DNA of 63,895 nt, filler included, from an uncultured Methanosarcinales archaeon (GCA_964604995.1; 7 parts of 7 records of this genome joined end to end with filler, not necessarily neighbours in it); one strand, 5' to 3'. Counted from the whole stretch's first letter, positions 21,468 through 31,668 are shown. Made by a program: numbers and translations. The notes: a model not told the origin generated them from the letters alone.

Positions 21468-22949
21468 ATGGAGATGAAACTATCTATGCAGGCAAATCTA
21501 TATCGAAAAGAGATTTCTTTAAACTTAGAAAAAAATGACTTGAATAAATTTTTTGAACTTGTAAAAAAAGTTGAAGCAACTGAAATTGATGTGAGATTTA
21601 CTGATTTGCATGGTAGATGGCAACATTTTACTGTTCCAACTGGTGAATTTTTATCAACGAGTGAAGATACTAAGTGTTTTACAAAAGGAATAGGTTATGA
21701 TGGAAGCTCAATTAGAGGATTTCAAGATATTCATGAGAGTGATATGCTTTTGATTCCAGATGCATCAACTGCAATTATTGATCCATTTTTACCAAATACT
21801 ATAACACTTATTGGAAATACTAAAGATCCTGAAACAGGATTTTCTTATTCGAAAGATCCACGAAATATTGCGATAAAGGCAATGGAATATTTAAAATCCA
21901 CAGGAATTGCTGATGAATGTTATTGCGGACCTGAACTTGAATTTTTTATTCTTGATAGCATTAAATACAAAGTTACACCAGAATCATCTTATCATGAAAT
22001 TGATTCACAAGAAGCACCTTGGAATTCAGCAAAAGAAGGTAATGGAACAACAGCTAAAATAAGATATAAGGAAGGATATTTTCCAACACCTCCGATGGAT
22101 TCAATGCATTTGATTAGATCTGAAATAGTCAAATACCTAATCCAAGTTGGTATTCAAGTAGAATACCATCATCATGAAGTTGCAACTGCAGGACAAAATG
22201 AGATTGATATGCGTTTTGGATCATTAATTAAAATGGCAGACAATGTCATGTTGTACAAATATATTGTTATGAATATTGCAGCAAAATATGGTAAGATAGC
22301 AACATTTATGCCTAAAGTAATTTATGGAGACAATGGTTCAGGCATGCATGTACACCAAAGCCTTTGGAAAAACGGAAAAAATCTTTTCTTTGATCCTAAA
22401 GGATATGCTGGATTAAGTGAAATGGGTCTTTATTATATTGGAGGAATATTAAAACACGCAGCAGCACTTTGTGCAATTATTGCACCAACAACTAACTCTT
22501 ATAGAAGATTAGTTCCAGGTTTTGAAGCTCCGGTTAATTTAGTTTATTCTAAAAGAAATAGAAGTGCTGCAATTAGAATTCCAACATATTCCAACGAAGA
22601 AAAAGCAAAAAGAATTGAATTTAGAACACCAGATCCTCTAGCAAATCCTTATCTTGCATTTAGTGCAATAATGCTCGCAGGATTGGATGGAATAAAAAAT
22701 AAAATCCATCCAGGAAACCCATTTGAAGGTAATGTTTATGAAAATAAAGACAAAAGAGATATAAAATCAGTTCCTGCATCTTTGTATGAAAGTTTAAATG
22801 CATTAGAACAAGATCATTTATTCTTAACAGAAACTGGTGTTTTTACAGAAGAGATTATCCAAACTTGGATTGAAATGAAAAGAAAAGAAGCAGATGAGGT
22901 AAGATTATCAATCCCACCAAAAGAATTTGAACTTTATGCACATGGGTAA
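21468..22949 (+). CDS. glnA: Glutamine synthetase type I
   Basis: DGSSIRGF, GPELEFF, HHEVATAGQNEI, TFMPK..GDNGSGMHVHQS, RNRSAAIRIP, RIEFR; GGAGG before ATG 21468. Confidence 0.97.
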   Translation: MEMKLSMQANLYRKEISLNLEKNDLNKFFELVKKVEATEIDVRFTDLHGRWQHFTVPTGEFLSTSEDTKCFTKGIGYDGSSIRGFQDIHESDMLLIPDASTAIIDPFLPNTITLIGNTKDPETGFSYSKDPRNIAIKAMEYLKSTGIADECYCGPELEFFILDSIKYKVTPESSYHEIDSQEAPWNSAKEGNGTTAKIRYKEGYFPTPPMDSMHLIRSEIVKYLIQVGIQVEYHHHEVATAGQNEIDMRFGSLIKMADNVMLYKYIVMNIAAKYGKIATFMPKVIYGDNGSGMHVHQSLWKNGKNLFFDPKGYAGLSEMGLYYIGGILKHAAALCAIIAPTTNSYRRLVPGFEAPVNLVYSKRNRSAAIRIPTYSNEEKAKRIEFRTPDPLANPYLAFSAIMLAGLDGIKNKIHPGNPFEGNVYENKDKRDIKSVPASLYESLNALEQDHLFLTETGVFTEEIIQTWIEMKRKEADEVRLSIPPKEFELYAHG

Positions 22950-23010
22950 TTGATTAATTTTTTTAATTTTTAATAAGAAATTTTTTAATTTATTTTTTAT
23001 TATTAGATTT

Positions 23011-23469
23011 TTAATATAAGTAATTAAACAATTCTTCTAAATTTTCTATTGTATATTTAGGAATTTCATCCTTACTTTCTGGATTTTGAGTTGAGAATTT
23101 TCCTTTTTTTAACCAAATGGTGATACATCCAATTTTATTACCAATAAATATTCCACGTTTAACTCTATCGTCAACTACAACACATTCATTTGCATTGCAC
23201 TCCATTTTTGAAATTGCATTTAAATAATGTTCTTTATTTTTTAGAGCTTTAATAGAAATCAAAAAATATTTTCCTAAACCAGATTCCATAATTTCTTTTT
23301 CCCTTTTTTCAATTTCATCTGATTCAGCGTTACTGATTAATCCTAATTTATATCCTTTTTTGTAAAGATGTAAAAGAACTTTTTCTGATTCTGGATAGAT
23401 TTTATTTTCATCTTTGTCAAACAAAGTTCTATTCCAATCGAAAATAATGGCTCTTATTCCATTTAACAT
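23011..23469 (-). CDS. HAD-superfamily hydrolase
   Basis: IIFDWNRTL, LISN and VVDDRVKRGI motifs. Confidence 0.85.
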   Translation of the reverse strand: MLNGIRAIIFDWNRTLFDKDENKIYPESEKVLLHLYKKGYKLGLISNAESDEIEKREKEIMESGLGKYFLISIKALKNKEHYLNAISKMECNANECVVVDDRVKRGIFIGNKIGCITIWLKKGKFSTQNPESKDEIPKYTIENLEELFNYLY

Positions 23470-23517
23470 TTTTTCCTCGAATATAATTGAAATATCATTT
23501 AACAATTGGAATATTAT

Positions 23518-25272
23518 TTAACTGTAATAAAGTTTCCCACTTTGTTTTTGTTGCCTATCAAGTTGACTATCAAGCTTATTTGCTCTTGGTCTTTTAGAAA
23601 TTTCATCCCTTCTAAAAGTTATTTTAATATCTTCTAAGAATCGATTCATTCCATCTTCCATTTCAAATGGACCATGTACTTCACCATTAATTGCAGGTTT
23701 ACCATCAAAAACAATTAATTTTTCAGAGATATAATCAACAAAAAGTAAATCATGATCTACAATTATACCTGTTGTATTTTTTTCTTCCATAAAACTTCGA
23801 ATAGTTCTAGAAACAATCAAACGCTGCTCTACATCAAGATATGCTGAGGGTTCATCTAGTAAATATAACTGTGCATCTTTTGATAAACAAGCTGCAATTG
23901 CAACTCTTTGCAGTTCTCCGCCTGATAATTCATCAAGTTTTTTTAGGAATAAAGGTTTTAGATTTAATGGTCTTACTAATTGTATTTCGTAATTTTTTAT
24001 GGCATCACCAAGTATACCCATAACAAGTTCATCATTAGACTCAAGATACTGAGGTTTGTAAGAAACAAGAATTTTTCTGTCAATTTCCCCTTCATAATCT
24101 CGTATGACACCTGCAAGTATCTTAACAAAAGTAGTTTTGCCTATACCATTTTCACCTAAAACACCAATTGTTTCACCTTTATGTAATTCGCCTTTTTTAG
24201 CTTCTAGTTTAAATCCTTGTAAGTCCTTTTTTATCCCGTTCCATTTTATAAGATTCATTTCTTTAAGGTTTTTTTTAGGAGGCCTTTCAAAGAATTTTAT
24301 TGTATGGTCCCTAAATCTTACATTTTCTTCTTTTAAATAACCATCAAGATAAATATTAATACCTGCTTTTGTAGTTTTAAGTTGACTAACAACCCCAAAT
24401 GCACCTTCTGTTCCATACATAAGGTGCACCAAATCAGTCATGTAATCTAAGATAATAAGATCGTGTTCAACAACAAGAACTCCAGTAGTTTCATTAACTA
24501 GTCCCCTAATAAAACTAGATACTTTAAGTCTTTGTTTAATATCTAAATAACTGGTTGGTTCATCAAAAATATACAGATTAGCTTTTTTTAATACACAAGC
24601 AGCAATTGCAACTCTTTGTAATTCTCCGCCTGAAACATTTTTTATATCGTGATCCAAAATAGCATTTAAGTCAAGAGCATCTGCAACTTTTTGTAATTCT
24701 TTTTTTTCATCAATTTTTTTTAAGATATCAAAAATTTTACCACTAACTTGTTTTGGAATTAAATCAACATGCTGAGGTTTGTAACTAACTTTTATCTCAC
24801 CTCTAGCTAATTTTTCAAAAAATATTTGTGCTTCTGTACCTTTAAATCTTGCAACTACATTTTCAATTGAAACATCTTTTACATGAACTTTGCCAAGATT
24901 TGGTTTTAGAACTCCTGCTAATATTTTAATTGCTGTACTTTTTCCAATCCCATTTATTCCAACAATTCCAACAACTTTGCCAAACATTGGAGTTGGAAGA
25001 TCATAAAGCGAAAATCCATTTTCGCCGTATCTATGTACTGGCTCACCATTTAATGCTTCTGGAAGATTTATTACTTTTATTGCTTCAGGAGCAGCTTTTG
25101 TACAAATACCACAACCGATACATGTAAGTTCATCTATCAATAACTTTCCATTGTTATCTATTTTTATGCATTCAGTTCCTGATCTATTGATTGGACAAAG
25201 TGATTGGACATGTAATTTTTTGTTTATATCTTTTATTTTCTCGTTTTCCACAACAGCTATTCTTTTTGTCAT
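23518..25272 (-). CDS. rli: Ribosome recycling ATPase ABCE1/RLI
   Basis: N-terminal CIGCGIC; two NBDs (GINGIGKST, GENGIGKTT), SGGELQR twice, TFRRD hinge. Confidence 0.96.
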   Translation of the reverse strand: MTKRIAVVENEKIKDINKKLHVQSLCPINRSGTECIKIDNNGKLLIDELTCIGCGICTKAAPEAIKVINLPEALNGEPVHRYGENGFSLYDLPTPMFGKVVGIVGINGIGKSTAIKILAGVLKPNLGKVHVKDVSIENVVARFKGTEAQIFFEKLARGEIKVSYKPQHVDLIPKQVSGKIFDILKKIDEKKELQKVADALDLNAILDHDIKNVSGGELQRVAIAACVLKKANLYIFDEPTSYLDIKQRLKVSSFIRGLVNETTGVLVVEHDLIILDYMTDLVHLMYGTEGAFGVVSQLKTTKAGINIYLDGYLKEENVRFRDHTIKFFERPPKKNLKEMNLIKWNGIKKDLQGFKLEAKKGELHKGETIGVLGENGIGKTTFVKILAGVIRDYEGEIDRKILVSYKPQYLESNDELVMGILGDAIKNYEIQLVRPLNLKPLFLKKLDELSGGELQRVAIAACLSKDAQLYLLDEPSAYLDVEQRLIVSRTIRSFMEEKNTTGIIVDHDLLFVDYISEKLIVFDGKPAINGEVHGPFEMEDGMNRFLEDIKITFRRDEISKRPRANKLDSQLDRQQKQSGKLYYS

Positions 25273-25373
25273 TTTGTACACTAATTTATACTAAAAAATG
25301 GACTAGATTTATATCGTCTAAATCAATAGAAATAGCATCATTTAATAAATACTATGCCAAATTATATACGGAT

Positions 25374-25904
25374 CTAATTATTTAGCCCTTTTTCTGTCTC
25401 TCCTGGAGAATTTGTAAAATATAAAAATAATTGTCCAAAAATAAATATTGTAATTATAAACCAGTTTGATGCATATTTGCTCCCTATTCCAATTCCAATC
25501 AAAAATCCGATTATGTATAATCCATTCTCTTGAGTTTTGGAACTATCTGTTCTAATCAAAACAGCAGCTAGTGCCAAACCAAAAATTATTACAATATATG
25601 CTATTGCTGCACTTTGAAAGAGTGTTCTTGATATAAAAAATCCCAATACTACAAAAGCCATAGTTAAAATACCAAACCAATCTTTTGTAAATGTTAATCT
25701 ACTGCAGATTTTATAAATAAAGTTTCTGCCAAGATCACTCATTAATTCCATTTTAGCAAAAATTGTGTTTAAAAAAAATAAAAACACTATACAAATTAAA
25801 AGATATAAACCAATAGGCAATCTTGTTAGTTGGTCCCAAAGCTTGTAAAGAGAAAGTATTAAAAAAAGTTCGATTACAACTAAAAAAAATTTTCTAACCC
25901 TCAT
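25374..25904 (-). CDS. Hypothetical integral membrane protein
   Basis: About six hydrophobic segments in 176 aa. Confidence 0.7.
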   Translation of the reverse strand: MRVRKFFLVVIELFLILSLYKLWDQLTRLPIGLYLLICIVFLFFLNTIFAKMELMSDLGRNFIYKICSRLTFTKDWFGILTMAFVVLGFFISRTLFQSAAIAYIVIIFGLALAAVLIRTDSSKTQENGLYIIGFLIGIGIGSKYASNWFIITIFIFGQLFLYFTNSPGETEKGLNN

Positions 25905-26036
25905 AGTTTAAACTTGGTAGATAGCCTATAAATATTTTTCTACAGTTATTGAATGATAATTAACTACTTAAACTTTAAAGAAGAATTAACAAGCTAGTTA
26001 GAAAATATTAAATAGTGCCTAATTTTCCTATTGTGT

Positions 26037-26564
26037 ATGTTTTTTCGAATAAAAAAAATAAGTGGTAAAGAGTATGCGTATAGAGTAAAGAACAGATGGA
26101 CTGAATTTGGTCCAAGACAAAAAGTTGTAGGATATGCCGGAAGAGTGTATAGAATTAGTAAACCCGTACAAAACTCTAATTTTGAATTTAAAGAGTATAT
26201 TGAAAAAGAAGGATTGGATTATGAAAAATATTTACAAGAACTAGAATTTGAAAAAACAGTTATGGATTTAATCAAATGGGAATTACATAAACACGGGGCA
26301 ATAACAAATGAAAATGGACAATTATCAATCCAAAACATTTCTTTGAATCTTAGTTTGAATTCTCTTAATCAAAATGGGAAGGAAATTGCATTAAAAATGA
26401 ATGATGGTTATCTTTGTAGTTACACCCTTAAAAAAATTTTTCAATTAGGTTTAGATGAAGACGAAAACGAGGAACCTGGATTAGATTTTGCACAAGTACT
26501 TGTAAATGCAGGATTAGATGTTCCTAAAGAGATATTTGTAAAACTTTATGAAAAATTAAGTTAA
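26037..26564 (+). CDS. Hypothetical protein
   Basis: ATG 26037 after a TATA-like TTAAATA; basic N-terminal RIKKISGKEYAY motif. Confidence 0.75.
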   Translation: MFFRIKKISGKEYAYRVKNRWTEFGPRQKVVGYAGRVYRISKPVQNSNFEFKEYIEKEGLDYEKYLQELEFEKTVMDLIKWELHKHGAITNENGQLSIQNISLNLSLNSLNQNGKEIALKMNDGYLCSYTLKKIFQLGLDEDENEEPGLDFAQVLVNAGLDVPKEIFVKLYEKLS

Positions 26565-26658
26565 AGTGTTATAGTTTCAAAAACATTAAAAAGTAAATTA
26601 TTATATATCGACAGTTTTTTATATAAAAACATACTAGAATAACAAAAAGAGGCATAGA

Positions 26659-27300
26659 ATGAGAATAAATAAGAAAGGAAAAAGAGTTTATCCTAGTCTA
26701 TCTAATAGAAAGTCTCAGGCAGCATTAGAATTTTTAATGACCTATGGATGGGCCATATTAGTTGTTCTTATTGTTATTGGTGCACTCGCATATTTTGGAG
26801 TATTAAATCCAACTATAATGTTACCTGAAAAATGCACATTTCAAATGGGGGTTTATTGTAAAAACCATTTAATACAATTAGGTACTGGCATGATTGATGT
26901 TGACCCAATAGTAAACCATAGTATTTTTTTCGAACTTGAAAATGGTATGGGAAAAGGGATCATAATTACAGAAATAAATGTTACTGGAGATAGTATGAAT
27001 TGTGGGTTAACAGCAACTAATGCTGCCATTGGAAGCCAGTGGAATGATAATTTTGGTAGCAAAGCAGGATTACATATACTTCAAGGTAGATCAAAAATAA
27101 TTTCTATTTATGAACCAAAACTTGCTTCAGATGGCAGTGGTATGGGTGGAGCAAGTCCATTTATGAATTGTACGCTTATACCCCAAATTGGAAAAGCTAA
27201 AGGAGATGTAAGAATTAGATGGTATTTTGATGATGCAACTTCAGCATTTACTCATACCATGAATGGTGAAATTCTAGCAAATATTGAAGATTTAACTTAA
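26659..27300 (+). CDS. Archaeal type IV pilin-like protein (class III signal peptide)
   Basis: RKSQAALEFLMTYGWAILVVLIVIGALAYFG. Confidence 0.88.
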   Translation: MRINKKGKRVYPSLSNRKSQAALEFLMTYGWAILVVLIVIGALAYFGVLNPTIMLPEKCTFQMGVYCKNHLIQLGTGMIDVDPIVNHSIFFELENGMGKGIIITEINVTGDSMNCGLTATNAAIGSQWNDNFGSKAGLHILQGRSKIISIYEPKLASDGSGMGGASPFMNCTLIPQIGKAKGDVRIRWYFDDATSAFTHTMNGEILANIEDLT

Positions 27301-27313
27301 ACAAATTTAGGAA

Positions 27314-27826
27314 TCAATCGAAAAATATACTATAAACACATTCATTTTTATCTTTGTAATAATGTGAATTTAATGTTGTTTCGTACTTTAAACCAAGCTT
27401 CTCATAAAATGCTCTTGCTAAAAGGTTGTCTTCATGAGTTAACAAATACAATTTTCTTAATTTAGAATTTTTTGAGATATAATCATTTTTTAAAGAGTTT
27501 ATCAATTCAGCAAATAATAGTTTACCAATACCTAAATTGCGAAAATTAGGCATAACTGCTATTCTATCTAACTCAGCTAAACCGTGTTTAGGTAAACCGT
27601 GAATTATGTAGGTAGTAATTCCTAAGATCTCACTATTTTTTTCTGCTAGGAGATAAGTGTGATTTTTTTTAAGTTCTTCTAGAAAAACTTCTTCTCCTTC
27701 TTTTATAGAGGAGATATTATAACTTTTATTTAGTACCAATGCAACTTTACTTATATCCTTAATAGTTGCTTTTCTTAGTTGAATATCTTTTAATTTTAAG
27801 TTGTCGAATTGTTTTGAATTTGTCAA
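27314..27826 (-). CDS. GNAT family N-acetyltransferase
   Basis: IAVMPNFRNLGIGKLL (acetyl-CoA motif A) and NLLARAFYEKLG. Confidence 0.9.
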   Translation of the reverse strand: MTNSKQFDNLKLKDIQLRKATIKDISKVALVLNKSYNISSIKEGEEVFLEELKKNHTYLLAEKNSEILGITTYIIHGLPKHGLAELDRIAVMPNFRNLGIGKLLFAELINSLKNDYISKNSKLRKLYLLTHEDNLLARAFYEKLGLKYETTLNSHYYKDKNECVYSIFFD

Positions 27827-27910
27827 TTTTTCACCTAAGTTAAGTTATTGATTTTTTATTTAGGGTCGTGATTTAATTTCCTATTGAATACATTAATAAT
27901 TATTAAAGTT

Positions 27911-29824
27911 TTATTCAACTGTGACACTTTTTGCTAAGTTTCTGGGTTTATCTATGTCACACCCTCGTAAATCTGCGATATAATATGCCAAAAGTTGAAG
28001 TGGAATAATATTAATTATTGATACTATTGGTCCAAAAGCTAAAGGAGTATAAATTATATCATCAGAAATTTTTTCTAGTTCGGTATTGCCTTTTGTGGTT
28101 ATAACAATTATCTTACCACCTCTTGCTTTAACTTCCATAATGTTACTTAAAATTTTATCATATGCTGCATTTTTACTTGCAAGAAATACAACTGGCATTT
28201 TTTCATCGATTAATGCAATTGGGCCATGTTTCATTTCTGCTGCAGGGTATCCTTCGGCATGGATATAGGAAATTTCTTTTAATTTCAAAGCTCCTTCGAG
28301 AGCTACGGGAAACTCAAATCCCCGACCTAAATATAAAAAATTATTAGATTTGTAATATTTATCTGCGATTTTTTTAACTGGAAGATCTACTTCAATTAAT
28401 ACTTCTTTTAAAATATTAGGTAAGTTTGATAATTCAAAAGATAACTTTTTTAGTGCAACTTCTAATTCTTTATTTTTGTCGTTATCATTGGTTTTATTTT
28501 GTGTGCTGTTTAATCTTAAATTTCCTAAGTATAAATTCAATAAACAAAGAGCGACAATTTGAGAAGTAAAAGCTTTGGTACTGGCAACCCCTATTTCCAA
28601 ACCTGCGTGAAGATAAATTCCTAAACCTGCAACTCTAGCTATCGTACTTCCAACTACATTGACTATTCCTATTGTCAATGCTCCTTTTTCTTTAGCAAGT
28701 TTCAAAGCAGCTAAAGTATCAGCTGTTTCTCCGGACTGACTTATGGCAATAACTAAATCAGAATTGTCAATTGGAGGATTTCTGTATCTAAATTCAGAAG
28801 CGTACTCAACTTCAACAGGAATGTTTAGGTATTCCTCAAACAAATATTCTCCAACTAAACCTGCATGCCAAGATGTTCCACATGCTACAATGATTATTCT
28901 TTTTATAGAATTAGCCTCATTGGATGATAGAGTTATTCCTCCCAATTTAACTTGACCATTGATAAGTCTTCCGCGCAAAGTGTTGATTATAGTCTCTGGC
29001 TGCTCATAGATTTCTTTTAACATAAAATGTGCATATCCATTTTTATCAATTTTACCTGTAGACCAAGTTATTTTATCAATCGTCTTTTTTTGTTTTACAT
29101 CTAAAATATCAGTTATTTGATAATTATTTTCATTTATTGTAAGAACATCTCCATCATCAAGATAAATAACTTTTTGAGTATATTCCATAAGAGGTGAAAC
29201 ATCACTTGCAATAAAATATTCATTTTTACCAATTCCTAAAACTAGAGGACTGCCATTTCTTGCACAAACTAATTTAGTTTCATTAGCATGCATTGCAATG
29301 ATACCATATGTTCCTATAAGATGTGGTAAAGTTTTGAAAATTGCTTTTTCCAAATTGTCTTCATAAAATTTTTCAATTAAATGCACAATAACTTCAGTAT
29401 CAGTTTCTGATTTGAAAATATGTCCTTCACTTTGAAGCATTTTTTTTAAAAATTCATAATTTTCAATTATACCGTTATGTACAACTGCAATTTTTCCGTT
29501 GCATGAAATGTGAGGATGTGCATTGTCTTGCGTAACACTACCATGTGTTGCCCACCTTGTATGTGCAATACCCAAATTGGTTTTATTTGAATTAGAATCG
29601 GAGATATTAGAAATTATTTTTTTTGATTTTGCCAACAAAGAAGTTTTTGATTTTGAAATGTTAGTATCACTTATTTTACCAATATGTTTTTCTATAAAGA
29701 TAGAGTCGTCTTGTTTTAGAGCTATCCCCCAAGAATCGTATCCCCTATATTCCAGTTTTTTTAGACCTTCGATTAGCAGATTAGATATTTCTTTTTTTCC
29801 AATGTAACCAAAGATTCCACACAT
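27911..29824 (-). CDS. glmS: Glutamine-fructose-6-phosphate aminotransferase
   Basis: MCGIFG, LEYRGYDS, HTRWATHG, SQSGETAD, C-terminal PRNLAKSVTVE. Confidence 0.98.
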   Translation of the reverse strand: MCGIFGYIGKKEISNLLIEGLKKLEYRGYDSWGIALKQDDSIFIEKHIGKISDTNISKSKTSLLAKSKKIISNISDSNSNKTNLGIAHTRWATHGSVTQDNAHPHISCNGKIAVVHNGIIENYEFLKKMLQSEGHIFKSETDTEVIVHLIEKFYEDNLEKAIFKTLPHLIGTYGIIAMHANETKLVCARNGSPLVLGIGKNEYFIASDVSPLMEYTQKVIYLDDGDVLTINENNYQITDILDVKQKKTIDKITWSTGKIDKNGYAHFMLKEIYEQPETIINTLRGRLINGQVKLGGITLSSNEANSIKRIIIVACGTSWHAGLVGEYLFEEYLNIPVEVEYASEFRYRNPPIDNSDLVIAISQSGETADTLAALKLAKEKGALTIGIVNVVGSTIARVAGLGIYLHAGLEIGVASTKAFTSQIVALCLLNLYLGNLRLNSTQNKTNDNDKNKELEVALKKLSFELSNLPNILKEVLIEVDLPVKKIADKYYKSNNFLYLGRGFEFPVALEGALKLKEISYIHAEGYPAAEMKHGPIALIDEKMPVVFLASKNAAYDKILSNIMEVKARGGKIIVITTKGNTELEKISDDIIYTPLAFGPIVSIINIIPLQLLAYYIADLRGCDIDKPRNLAKSVTVE

Positions 29825-29898
29825 TTTTTTCAACTCATTTTAATTAAAATATAATAAATTAATTTATCTTTTGAAGTATTTTTTTGAAATTATTAATT

Positions 29899-30597
29899 TT
29901 AGTTGTGTTTATCTAGAAATTTTCCAATTTTTCGTATATCTGGAATTTTTCCTAAGTCTAACCAATAATCTTTTAGTTTTAACACTTTTACTTTATCTTT
30001 TTTAGCAAGAAGAGTTATAGCATCTGTTAATTCATATTCTCCTCTTGAAGATTTTTTTATTTGTGAAATTGCATTAAATATTTCAGGAGAAAATTTGTAT
30101 AAACCTGTATTAATTAAATTTCCAACAAATTTTTGAGGTTTTTCGATTATTTTTTTTAAAGTCCCATTATCTTCTATAAGTACTCCATATTTTTCTGGTT
30201 CATTAGATTTTGATGCTGCAATATAATTAAAAGGATTATCAATTGCAATTTTCTTTAAGTCTTTTACTGACCAAAGATTGTCTCCACCTAGAACTATAAA
30301 TTGTTCATTGCCTACAAAGTCTTTTGCACATTTTAGAGCATGTGCGGTACCTAATCTTTTCTTTTGTAGTATTAAAGTTGCTTTAAACTTGTATTCTTTT
30401 AGAAATAAAGGCATCAATTCACTTTTATGACCCACAATTATTGCGATATCAGTGTAACCTGCTTTGTTTAAATGTGAAAGCAAGTAATAAAGGAAAGGTT
30501 TTCTATTAACTTGTATTAATGGCTTAGGCACTAGCTTTGTAAGGGGTAACATTCTAACCCCGTTACCTGCCGCCATTATAACTACTTTTTTTATCAT
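29899..30597 (-). CDS. Sugar-phosphate nucleotidyltransferase (GlmU N-domain/RmlA-like; no LbH domain)
   Basis: AAGNGVRMLPLT..PKPL, LGTAHA, GDN, RGEYELTDA. Confidence 0.9.
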   Translation of the reverse strand: MIKKVVIMAAGNGVRMLPLTKLVPKPLIQVNRKPFLYYLLSHLNKAGYTDIAIIVGHKSELMPLFLKEYKFKATLILQKKRLGTAHALKCAKDFVGNEQFIVLGGDNLWSVKDLKKIAIDNPFNYIAASKSNEPEKYGVLIEDNGTLKKIIEKPQKFVGNLINTGLYKFSPEIFNAISQIKKSSRGEYELTDAITLLAKKDKVKVLKLKDYWLDLGKIPDIRKIGKFLDKHN

Positions 30598-30867
30598 TTT
30601 TTTAAGAAATGATACTTAGTATAAATATTTAATTCAAAAAATTATTGTAATATAATATAAATAAACTATTATGAAGCCTTTAAATTGATTTTTAAGTAAT
30701 ATACTTACTTTTTGTAGTTATTAAACTATTATTAGATTTTATATTTAGTTAGTTAAGATTATAAGAACTATTTAATAATTATAATATTATAGATTATTAT
30801 AAGAATATTATAAAGTAATTCATAATATATAGAAATATTTTTAAATAATAAGAAATTCCTTGTAAAA

Positions 30868-31040
30868 ATGAAGAGTTATATTGTTAAAGAAGAGAATGGG
30901 AGAAAAAGTTTTGCACCTATAAAATTATTAGAAAAACCAAGTGCAATGAAAATAATAAATCACCCAGACAGATTAGAAATTGTAAAGCTTCTCGAGAAAT
31001 CACAACTTTATCCAGCTGAAATTGCAAAAAAATTAAAACT
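30868..31040 (+). CDS. ArsR-like winged HTH protein, truncated at contig end
   Basis: HPDRLEIVKLL...YPAEIAKKL. Confidence 0.75.
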
Positions 31041-31140
31041 NNNNNNNNNNNNNNNNNNNNNNNNNNNNNNNNNNNNNNNNNNNNTTAATTAATTAANNNN
31101 NNNNNNNNNNNNNNNNNNNNNNNNNNNNNNNNNNNNNNNN
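31041..31140. other. Artificial contig linker
   Basis: 100 bp of N with TTAATTAATTAA. Confidence 0.99.
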
Positions 31141-31379
31141 AGAAGTTTTAACATATTTAAGTTTATATCTTCACTAAAATCTGTTTTCATAATATATAAC
31201 CACAAATTGATATCTTGAATAACGTGGAAATGATTTAGCGAGGTCTCTTCCAAGTCTTTATAAATAATTTTATTTTTTTTCTTAACTTTGGATAAAAAAT
31301 TGGATAATAATATTTTTATTATTATAGGGAGGATTAATATCAATATTAATACAAAAAAAATATGTTGTTCTATTGCCAT
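31141..31379 (-). CDS. Small membrane protein, truncated at contig edge
   Basis: N-terminal TM helix; ORF runs into the linker. Confidence 0.6.
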
Positions 31380-31388
31380 TTTTTTTAA

Positions 31389-31586
31389 CTATTGAAGCAA
31401 TTTATTATAAAAATACTGAGCTATAATAAAACCTGTTATCATTAAAGTTATAGGGATATAAAGGGGGAAGTCTGCCAAAATTTGAAAAACAATCCCTACA
31501 CCAATACCACAGATGGCAGTTCCGAAAGCATAATATAATATATTCTTGTCAATTTTATACAAACCGAACAATTTCTTGAGTGTCAT
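31389..31586 (-). CDS. Small two-TM membrane protein
   Basis: 65 aa, two hydrophobic helices, TATA-like TATATAAA upstream on the minus strand. Confidence 0.6.
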   Translation of the reverse strand: MTLKKLFGLYKIDKNILYYAFGTAICGIGVGIVFQILADFPLYIPITLMITGFIIAQYFYNKLLQ

Positions 31587-31668
31587 AAGGGTATAAATCT
31601 ATTTCATATTTATATAGTTTCGCTCTTACATCCCTTATATACCCATACTCAAGACTTTTATTAGTTGT

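Noticed and set aside
26037..26564. Possible transposase (basic RIKKISGKEYAY N-terminus)
   Set aside because: Only about 175 aa, with no DDE or HUH motif and no terminal inverted repeats seen
30600..30860. AT-rich tract with ATTATA repeats as a second origin
   Set aside because: No ORB-like boxes; low-complexity intergenic DNA like that at 10500-10690, 44060-44190 and 59100-59315
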